Below are positions 26,184-36,500 of a DNA stretch of 64,000 bases, one piece after another. The DNA is taken from the NCBI GenBank assembly GCA_000182565.2, contig KQ257468.1; one strand, 5' to 3'. A program made the position numbers and the translations under genes. Numbering within the stretch: the stretch's first letter is position 1; each line of letters starts with the position of its first letter. The notes under the pieces are model-generated. The model did not search any database and had not been told where the DNA came from. It saw only the letters and a program-made list of their open reading frames with translations. Origin of the DNA: Spizellomyces punctatus DAOM BR117 (lineage: Eukaryota).

Positions 26184-29039
26184 ATGGAGAGCCTATTCTC
26201 GCCACGGGTGGATTTTGAGGATATTGTAGAGTATGCGATCTACAATGATTTCGGTGACCATAGTGGTATAGGTTCTGAGGAGTTGCGGAAAGCTGCACAG
26301 GATTTCGCAGCCGTCACCCAATCCTTCATTTCCCAATGGACCAATGGCTATATATGGCACAAAGATCCATTTGAGTTGAGCGTTGTGACAACAAAAGGTG
26401 CGTTGCCTATGCAAAGGCTGTCATCGATCGGTCTAGAATGCACAGATCCTTAAAATGGAGACTGAAAACCAAACCGGAAGCTAAGCCTGTGTGAAGACTT
26501 GGTCGCACCTTTTCTGCAGGGGAGGACCCGCCACGGTGATGGAGTTGAGGATGAGTGGTTCATTGTGTCGCTCTTACGTGAGCTGACGATACAGTTTCCG
26601 GAGGCAGTAGTGAGGTAAGTCGCTTATGCTGTTCAAAATCTGTTACCTGACCCGCTAGAGTTTATCTCATCCGTACTCCCAAGCGTACGGGACAATGATG
26701 GTGAGATCTTGCTGATTGAAGCTGCCGAGCATATTCCGCCGTGGTTGGATCCCAGTACCAGCCAGAACAGAGTACGTCTTGCGAACCCTCAACTTAACTT
26801 TTGCAGAGCCCCATCCCATTTAATGTCATTCTATCATACAGGTATTTCTTCACAAGGGTCTCGTTCACATCATTCCTATACCGCAAAATCCAGCCGAGAT
26901 TGTTTTGTATCCATCTGGACCCATCACACTAAATCGGGCACTTGATTTGGTGAGAGGGTCCGCACCGACTGAAGCACCGAAAAACGTTCAGGCAGCTATA
27001 ATGGCAAGGCTGGCGCGGTAAGAAAGGTTCTAGAGGTGTCCTTTCTATCAAATACCCCTAATCGGCCATGTCTCCGTCAGCTATCCTCAAGGTGCCAAAG
27101 AGAATATTCATCGCGCGAGATGTTATATTCCTCGGCCCGTAGCACATCTTCTGCACCATGACCCTCAGCTAGTAGCTTCCGCGGTCGAAGCATTCTACCT
27201 ACGTGATCCAATAGCAATGAAGGTTGGTCTTGGTCATGGGTTTTCTCGGGCATCTTCTCACAAGGACTCGATTGTAGGCATGCTATAAAATGGAGAAATT
27301 TCCGCCAACAAACAATGTGATGGTAACGGTTCGTATGAACCGCACCCATTACGCTCAGCTTGTCAGTCAAAAGTTCCACCCGCCGAAACCTTTTCGCTTA
27401 CCCCCAATATCATCTCCGAACTTTAAAGCGTGCGAACTTGGCATGAAGCTTGTAGGTTATCTTTGAAATTTTAGGTCGCAACCCTTACTGAACGATATAG
27501 CTAGGCGTGCGGATTCGAAATGCTTTGTGCCGATCGACACCTTCGGAGTTCTTCGAAACACAATGGACATCGTTCAGTTGATGTGCGTATAGCTTAGGCA
27601 CAAGTTTCGTGTCTGAGGGCCTGACACTTCACCTTGCAGACATACGCGTTCGAGGTGGACCCTGAATGGCAGGCCTTCCTAAGGAGGTTAGACAAGCTGA
27701 GCTATTTTGGGGTAGGTTCGAGTGCTGTCCAATTCTGCGAAGTCTTGAGGTTGATAAAGCGACTTCAACTATCAGAAAGAACTCCCCGGATCAGAGCTGT
27801 ACAAACAGCTGGAGAATACTGCGAAGAAACAATACCTACAGGCCAAATTCAGCGAGAGGTGGGATTTATGGGGCGTCAAATTTCCCTCTCCTGCTGTATT
27901 ATAACGACACTCGGTTTTAATTAGCGAAGTTTTCGGGGAAAATCCGATTGACAAGATAGAATATATTCTCAACCAACCTTTGGAGGATGAAAGTAACTTA
28001 TCTCAAGAACCAGAGGACAACGACAAGTGGATGGAAGTAGATCCGGCCAACTTAGATCGAATGTTTGATGAAGAAAAGCTCAAGATGTCAGCTGATGATT
28101 GGGAAGAGTTAAATCAGGAAGATCTGGTTGGTGCCCGAGAATCTCGTAAAAAAGTTATGTATCTAATGACCTAGTTGTGTTGTAGTCGGATCTTGATGAT
28201 GAAGAGAAGCATGATATGGAGGAGCTGTCGAAAATGTTCGGAGGCTTCACATCTTTTGTCGAGAAGGAGAGCGGACTCGGAGGAGTTGTGTTTCCACAGT
28301 ACGTTTGGGTAAAAAAGAAAATGGCGCAGCCAGTTGATGGACTCATCCGACTTTGGTTGATCCTCCAGTGAGAGAGATTTCGAAGAACAGGAAGACACAG
28401 ATGAGGAGGATACTCCTCTCAGATTTGAGGAGGGACAGTTTCTTCAGTCTATGATGGACGTACTAGGTGAGTAGAAGGACTGGCAACAGTATGTAGACTC
28501 AATTGTGATGGTGATGCTGTCATAGGTATCAATCGAGACGACTTTGATCGGATAACAAAAAGCAAAGGTAGTGGTTAGATGCTTACAAAAGTCTGCTGCT
28601 CTGTCTAAATCCACTTTATTTCCCAGCATCTGGAAATACCACTTTTTCAACAGCGGAGGACGTCCTTCGACCAATTGAGCGCGTCATGCCTAGTGTATCA
28701 TTTGATCTAGATGACAGCGAAGAACGCAAAACTGACGAAGCCAGTGAATTCGCGGACACTCCTGCTCCCGATGCGCAGCTTGAGTCTTACATGGACTCGA
28801 TGGATCGCGAACTCTCGCGGACCAAACTCGGCGATGATTTTGAGAAAATCACGTCGGAGGGGCCCAGCATCTCGGTTGTCAATGAGGAAGGGGAGGAGGA
28901 ACTGCAAAAGGTCGATTTAGATTTTAATTTGGTCAAAAATATTCTCGAGTCGTTCTCCGCTCAGGAGGGCCTTCCAGGTCCCGCTTCGAGCATATTAAAC
29001 TCCATGGGCATCGGGCTTCCACCCAAGCGAAGGAAGTGA
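26184..29039 (+). CDS. ECD: Ecdysoneless / hSGT1-family protein; multi-exon
   Basis: [63 protein letters not shown] and the C-terminal [26 protein letters not shown]. Confidence 0.9.
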
Positions 29040-29737
29040 GGGGCTAATATTTTGCATGTATATATCCTGCATTCTGGAATTTCCGTATACACTTTGTACA
29101 AAATAATCGTTGCAATATTTAGAAGACGGCCATGTAGAAATACTAGCGAGTTCTGCAGGTTGTCACGTGGCGACACTGATGTGGCGCGGGCGCAGCACTT
29201 GAAATCACCGAGGATTTCGCTTGCAACCCGTGCATTTCTCAACAGATTACTCTGGTCACTGAAGTACAATCGAGCACTCGCAGTAACTTACACCAATGGC
29301 CTTTAAGGCAACAGTGTGCTTGCGATGCTCTGGTTGTGGACTTCTGTGGAGGGGTGCGGGCCCGAAGGCCAGTGAACGAATAGCATATAACCTACAGCGA
29401 ACTGCTTCTCGTGGTGGTCAAGGCGTTAGATTCATTGGCACTTGCAAAGAACAGCAGTGGGCCCCATTTTCCTCCTCCATTATGTTCTCAAACCCGCCGA
29501 CCAAGCCCTTTCGGAAATTGCGAGCCTCAACGGTAGAGATCTTCTAGTCCGTGCTTGCCCGATTTCTCGAGCATAACTTGGGCAGACGTCCTGATGCTAT
29601 AGTGCCCCTATTGATGTGGATGTGGTTTATAGTCACTTGCTAGCGTTGCGGCCAACAGCATCGTATTTCGCAAGGCCTCAATAGCCATTGGTGCGTATTC
29701 CCATAGCAACGCGGTTGCCTCGATTTTTGATTTGGTG

Positions 29738-29746
29738 ATGAGTCAC
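29738..29746. promoter_or_regulatory. Gcn4/CpcA (AP-1-type) site ATGAGTCAC about 60 nt upstream of GRS1
   Basis: TGAGTCA core sits upstream of an aminoacyl-tRNA synthetase gene, a class known to be under general amino-acid control in fungi. Confidence 0.5.
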
Positions 29747-29805
29747 TTCAACTTTCGACTCACGTCCGTTCCAACCCATCTTCCCCCCTCCACGACCTCA
29801 CCATT

Positions 29806-32767
29806 ATGACCGACACAGACAGGCCCACCGGTAGTGCCGATCCAGCTCCAGACATCACAGCTCTGAAGGATGCAATTGCCAAGCAGGGTGACGTGGTAAA
29901 AGCTCTCAAGGCAGAGAAGGCACCGAAAGAACGATTGCAACCTGAGTTAGATCGGCTACTTGCCCTGAAGGAGGAACTTAAGCAGTTGTTGCTGAAGGAG
30001 GCTCAAGAGAACGAAAAGAACAAATTTGATAGATCTGGGTTGGAATCACTTCTCATCAAACGTTTCTTTTACGCCCCTTCGTTCCAAATATATGGCGGTG
30101 TGTTCTTTCATGTCACTGCGGTGATGCATTTTAGATATTAAATTATTCATGTTATTTCCAGGTATTGCTGGTCTGTACGACTATGGTCCTCCTGGATGTG
30201 CACTGCAAAACAACATCCTCTCACTTTGGCGCCAGCATTTCGTCCTGGAGGAGGACATGCTGGAGGTGGAATGCACAAACTTGACTCCAGAAGCTGTTCT
30301 ACAAACGTCCGGCCACGTCGAGCGCTTTGCTGATTACATGGTCAAGGACACAAAAACCGGGGACATCTTTCGAGCGGATCATTTAGTAAAGCAAGTCTTG
30401 AACCAACGCCTTGAGGATGACACAAAACTCCGCAGCGGAGCGGCGCCAAAGGCAGTCAAGGGTCAACCAAAAGTGGAGCCTCTGACTGCCGATCAGCGGG
30501 CGGAATATGAACTTGTTCTTGAAACGGTTTGTATCTCACATGTGTTGGCTGTCGATCCGTGTTGCAGCGCATAACCAAGAATATCTCCTGCAGTTGGACA
30601 ATTACCAGGGTGAGGATCTTCATCAACTCATTAGAAGACTGGACATCAGGGCCCCAGAAACTGGAAACGAAGTGACTGCACCAGTCCTCTTCAATCTTAT
30701 GTTTGAGACTCAAATAGGACCCACTGGCCAGTTCAAAGGGTGCGCGTGACCTGATTGAATAGGTGTAATCTTGCAGATAGCTGACTTCTGAATACCCAGA
30801 TACCTTCGACCAGAAACTGCCCAGGGCCATTTTCTCAACTTCAAAAGGCTCTACGAATTCAACACAGGCCAGATGCCATTTGCTTCCGCCTCCGTCGGTA
30901 AATCATTCCGTAACGAGATTTCTCCCCGCCAAGGCCTTTTACGTGTTCGGTAAGACTATGATGTACAGCAATGTTTTGGCTGTCGTCTAATATACGATGG
31001 TTTGGTTGTACAGTGAGTTTACAATGGCCGAAATTGAGCATTACGTGGATCCCACAAAGAAGGACCACCCTCGATTTGATGAAGTGCGCGATGTGGTACT
31101 ACCCCTTTACTCTGCGACAGCACAAGAGGCCGCCGCTGGGCCGACAAAGTTATCTATCGGAGAGGCCGTTGAAAAGGTTAGAACTCTCGTGTCAAAACAT
31201 GAAGGAATCTGAACTTATTAGAGTGAAATATGCAGGGCATCATCAACAACCAAACTCTTGGTTATTTCGTAGCCCGCATTTACCTTTTCCTCGTACGAAT
31301 TGGCGTGGATCCGGCGCGCTTGCGAATGCGTCAACACATGTCCAATGAGATGGCGCACTATGCATGTGACTGCTGGGATGCTGAAATCCAGAGCAGCTAT
31401 GTAAGAGATGGTTTTGGAAGGTCGACATATTTATCACACTAATCATTAATATCATGCAGGGTTGGATTGAGTGCGTTGGCTGTGCCGATAGGTCTGCGTA
31501 TGACCTCACGGCGCATTCAAACAAAACCGGTGAGAAGCTCGTTGTGCGGGAACAACTACCTGAGCCGATTATCGCGGATAAATGGGTTTTGGACGTCAAC
31601 AAGAAGAATTTTGGCCCCGCTTTTAAAAAGAACGCAAAAGCTGTCCAGGGCTACCTTGACAGCCTTAAAGAAGGGGATCAATGGAATGAAGCGAGATTGC
31701 TTGACCTACTTGATAAACTGAATACAGGGTACGCTTAAATTCCGAGGTCTTGTGAAAGTATCATGATGTGCTCCGTCTGATATATTGGATACAGGAAAGC
31801 TACAATTACCGGTACTGATGGTAACGAATACGAGTTGACAACGGACCTGATCAAGATTGAGAAGCGAACTTTCAAGGAGTACGGTTAGTAATCTTGGTGG
31901 ACCAGACCGTTTTATGATCGAGCGTTGGTGCGCGATGGCTACGCACATTCCTTAGATCCCTCATCATAGAAAGGGTAGGCCAGACCATCGGTCTGTTGCC
32001 GTAGCTCTTTCTCCCAGTCTTCGCTGGGTATTGGTGAGGCATGAGTCATAAATGTGCAAAATCAGTATACCTCTTTTGCTGCCCTATGTGGTGGTCGTTG
32101 CTCGCTAATTTCTGGCAGCCTTAACTTCGACCACCGCGGCGTTCAAGGGACATTAGTGTTTTTCACTTATCATTCCGTCTTTGCATTACTAAGATAGAGT
32201 TTGCTTCTCTTAGTGCGCGAGTATATCCCAAGCGTCATTGAACCATCATTTGGTATCGGGCGAATTCTATACCAGTTACTTGAGCATTCATATTATGTGC
32301 GCGAAGGAGATGAACAACGGGGTGTTCTCAAGTTCCCAGCATGCATTGCACCGATCAAAGCTCTTGTTTTGCCCATCAGTCACAGCGATGAGTTCCTCCC
32401 ATTCATTAAGGATGTTGTGACTGGACTACGTCGGTTCAACATTTCAAACAAGGTCGACGATTCCGGATCATCTATTGGGAAACGATATGCCCGAAACGAC
32501 GAACTTGGTACTCCATTTGCTGTCACTGTGGATTTCCAAACTGTGCAAGATCAAACTGTGACACTCCGTGAGCGAGATTCAACAAAACAGATTCGAGAAA
32601 AGGTGCGAAGGGCAACTATTTTGTATTTAGAGTTTGAACTCATTGAGTTTTGCTTTTTCAATCAGATTTCAACTGTTTTGGAGATTATCAAGGATCTTGT
32701 TGAGGAGAAGACTACATGGAGTGAAGTTGAGGCAAAGTATCCAACATTTGTTCAACAAGAATTGTAA
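29806..32767 (+). CDS. GRS1: Glycyl-tRNA synthetase (homodimeric eukaryotic type) with N-terminal WHEP domain; multi-exon
   Basis: [83 protein letters not shown] and [13 protein letters not shown]. Confidence 0.97.
31941..32155 (+). ncRNA. Intronic box H/ACA snoRNA; 5' pocket predicted to guide pseudouridylation in LSU rRNA helix 69 (yeast 25S U2266 equivalent)
   Basis: Lies in the 330-nt GRS1 intron (31884-32213). 5' hairpin: lower stem GCACATT/AATGTGC (31943-49/32051-57) and upper stem CCTCATCA/TGGTGAGG. H box AAATCA at 32059-64. 3' hairpin GTGGTGGTCG/CGACCACCGC, then ACA at 32150-52. Guides CCTTAG and GAGTCATA pair with rRNA UAUGACUC-UC-UUAAGG. Confidence 0.8.
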
Positions 32768-33575
32768 ATAGAGATTCATACACTGTACGTCGGACGGATA
32801 CGTAGATGACGCAATACAGTATCACTTGTAGAAACTACAAATACTCGCACCAGAAATGTGAGGGTGCACTGCCGTTGTACCTGGGGATCTTACAAGTAAA
32901 CGTGGCCGCCGCAGCCGTCGATTCAATGTCCGCAACGGATTGTTGTCGATTGCACAAGAAATAAAAAAAAAATGTCGCCACAGCTTTTGCGCTGTTTATT
33001 CCCAATATCCTTTTATTGCGAACAAAATTAACAGTGGTGTGATAGAGATGAGCGCGTCGCTAAGCCGCTCTGCTCTCAAAAATTTCAAGATTGGTACAAA
33101 TTCACTAGTGCAAAAAAACGACAAGAACGAAGCGAAAAAAAAACCTAGAGTGGGCCGATGAGCGCTCAACCAATAGATGCGTTAGACCACCCTGTCGTCC
33201 TGGACGTCGGTCGGAGCGCGGCGGAAGTAGCGACCAGACGGGGGCATTTTGTGATGCCAGAGGGCGCTGGATAGTTCACAGTGATTGAGAGTGCTACAGT
33301 AAATAATATGCCAAACATGGCCATCGACCGATGTTTGTTGACCAGGAAATAGTGTTTTGTGGGAGCAAACCGGAGGATTGTACCCATTCGTCCGTTCAGG
33401 TCCGATTTCGATCTTTGTATATACGTTGGACGTTGAAGCAGTTGTCCACTGCATCACAAGCAAGTCGGAGTTGGAACGATCCTACTACGACCGGCTATTC
33501 CAAAGAGCCTGGGCATAGCTTTGGGCATTTTATACCTCATCTATCCCACACGACGTCTTGTACCAGGACGGAGCA

Positions 33576-36500
33576 ATGTTGCCGCGTCATGTCCCTGCTG
33601 GCTCAGGGCAGTCCGATCGTGGAGACGATCAGACAATTATAGAAGATGCACAGCACGATCTTACACCTACTCTAAGTCTCTCATCTATCTATGATCGATG
33701 CTACACGCAAGCAGTCTACAAACCCATCGCAACTGAAAATAATGTGGGCAAGCACCACGTTGGAGATTACGAAGCCGTTTACCCCGATTCCTCAGAATCC
33801 TCACTATCAACTCCATTCCTTTCCCCTCCACGACGAAAAGAAACATCAGATGCCTATGACCCCGACGATATGCTGTGTACGGTCGCCGATGAGGCGTGGT
33901 CAGATAGGACACCCAAGATCTCATGGTTCCAACGAGTGCGAAGCTGGTATAAGCCTGTTTACGACTACAAAACTCCAGGATTAAGTTACGATGAAAGACG
34001 TAGACCTCGGTATTGTGGGGGAAGACTGAAACGGTGAGCTTGTTGCTGTGGGTGCAGATTGAAAAGAACAACCATAACAATCGAACTTGAACTGTAGATG
34101 GCAGTTCATCCTGCTTCATGCACTGATCATTGGACTATTCATGGCGATCGTCGTTGCACCCCTCACGTACTTTGTGATCATCCCCGCCATTATTCAGGTC
34201 GGTTATTATGCACTCTTTTGAAGTGAGTAATCCGAACTCAAAAGTTTTCTACTAATCGCAGAGCAAAATCAACGGCATCGATATGAATTCTCTGGGCATT
34301 TCGCGAATTGATGTTGTGAGCTGGTCTGCAAATGGCCTCCGCTTTGGTTTCGCAGCCATCCTGCCGTCCCAGCTCTTCCTTCCAATACGCGTCACCCTCG
34401 CACCAATGTCCGCCGTTGTCGGTGAAAAGAAGAATTTCAAAGATGGTTGGGCAGAAGCTAAATTGCCTGAGTTCAGCATCAAGATCAACGAGGAGATCAA
34501 ACTGGATTTTGAAGGGGATCTCCTAATTCGTGACAGTGTAGCGCTTGCAGGACTGATTGAGGCGTTTTCAAATGATAAACTGCAGGGAATGCCTATCAGG
34601 GCAAAGTTTGGAGCAACAATCAAATTCTGGGGAATTACTTGGTACAAGAATCTCCCTCTACACAAGGATCTGAATGTGCCCGACATAGGCCCAACTGTAG
34701 CTGGTCTCTATAAGGCTCTGCCGCAAGCTGTGAGGGCCAGAAATTTGAGTAAGTTGGAAGTTTCCATTACAGAGGAGAGAAATATGCGAAACTAACCCGT
34801 TGTGAAACAGATCAAGCAATAAGATCCCGTTTTGCAGCAAAGGATCTATGGACTTTTGAGGACCCAAGCCTCCCTGACATGGCCATCCAAAGTGTCAATA
34901 TCTCCATGTCTGATACCGGCCTTGGTTTGAACGTCGGCGTGGTATTCGAAAATCCCACCATTATTCAAGTTGGCGTTCCAACACTTTCCGTCGGGCTCTC
35001 TGTTCTTGACCGTACCATTGCCGTTGTGACATTACAGGGTGTCAATATGTATCGAGGCGTGACTGAGATGAAGCTGGAAGCTGATGTTCGATTCGTTGAG
35101 GCAGAGGCTGAGACCACTGGAAAAGTCATTGGAGCGTTGGTTGGATGGCTGCTTGGAGCGGAGGATCCAGAGGGGATGCGTCCTTCCGTAAAGGGTCCTG
35201 TTGCAATGGAAGGAGTACAATTTGTTGGAGATGTTACGAAACCGCTATCACTATTGCTGCCTGTCAATGCGACCCTCGAGGCACTAAATTTCGGCAATCT
35301 TAAGGGATTATTATCAGTATCAGGTATTGAGAGACTTTTGTCCTCGTCCAAGTTTTCGGCCTCTGTGGGCTCGACCGACATCACTGCCCCCATTTCTCTC
35401 TCGTTACCGCGATTAATACCACTTCCACCCATCGATTTCACGTACATCACATCCTTGAATGTTCATCGAGCCCTGGATGTCACCGTCAACCCGATTCGCA
35501 TTGTGACAGGACCAGAGGATATGAAAATCAGCACAACCGTGGTCGTCGTACCGGTTAACACGGACGCTGCTGCAGCCGGCCTTGCTGCCGCAATCAACCC
35601 CATCTTACAAGCCAAACCGCAGATCTCATCAATAAGCATTTTGGGGCTCACGTTTACCGCGCCGCTTGCTGCTACAAATAACACATCAAACAATACGACA
35701 ACGAGGACAGGTTTCAAATGGTCTGACACCCTTCTTAAACCTACGACCATTCCAGTACCCCTTCCGGTACTATGCATCCCTTGCATTGTGACTCAACTCA
35801 CCCGTAATGGAACACAACTTCCGCTTTCAATACACGCCCTCGACGTCAACCAATTACTTGATGCACCCGGATTTGGAGCCAAAGGGCAAGTAGGGATAGC
35901 GTACCCCACGGCGCTCGCCAAGTTGGAAATGAACGTCGGATACGTCGGAGTCGGTGTACAAATGGGGTCCGCCGCGGTTCCCGTCGTTGGAGTGGACCTA
36001 CCCACAGGGTTACGCTTTTCTCCAATTAATGGGAATGGCGAGACAGCGGTCGATCTTGATGCTCGATTGGTTATTGGAAGGAATGACAAGATTGTAGGAG
36101 TTGTGCAAGGTTTTGTTGATGCCTTCATGGCAGATACCCCAGCGAGCGACGGAGCAACTATTGTTACGATTACAGACATCCTCTTTGGGGCGGCACCGAC
36201 AAACCGATTTGTGACATTCTCGAAGATAGCACTCTCTATCGATACACAGCAGTTCAAAGAGATTGCTTCGACGTTTGTGAACTCAGCCCTCGGCCAAGTG
36301 CTGAAGAAGGATTTGATAGTCTTGAACGACTTGGGCCTCAACGTAATTTCAGCTGGGCAGGTGGATATTGGGATTAAAGCGTTGGTAAGGAATCCGGTGA
36401 TGATTGGGCTAAATATTGGTAGTATTGTCGTGGATGCGGCGTTGGATGATGGCCACTTGTCGGGTGTGTGGGTCTCACCCATCGTGCTTGGCAAGGGTAC

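Noticed and set aside
25844-26218. ORFs encoding (MDGW)n and (IHPS)n
   Set aside because: Translation artefacts of the stop-free (GGAT)n microsatellite.
29100-29712. Short minus-strand ORF MAIEALRNTMLLAATLAS (DUF599-like phrase) and a 7-bp GCGTTGC/GCAACGC stem upstream of GRS1
   Set aside because: The ORF stops after 26 codons with no convincing spliced continuation, and the stem encloses no tRNA-like arms.
32041-32049. Perfect Gcn4 consensus ATGAGTCAT inside the GRS1 intron
   Set aside because: Better explained as the snoRNA guide strand complementary to LSU helix 69 (AUGACUC).
32107-32126. Sm-site-like AATTTCTGG and U12 branch-like CCTTAAC
   Set aside because: Both lie in the apical part of the snoRNA 3' hairpin. 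There is no matching snRNA 5' end and no U12-type donor nearby.
31922-32137. tRNA-Gly mimic (GCGTTGGTG start, TTCGA, CCACCGC) or snR30/U17 m1/m2-like motifs in the GRS1 intron
   Set aside because: No cloverleaf geometry and no ACA at the right distance from the m2-like motif. The H/ACA guide model accounts for the stems better.
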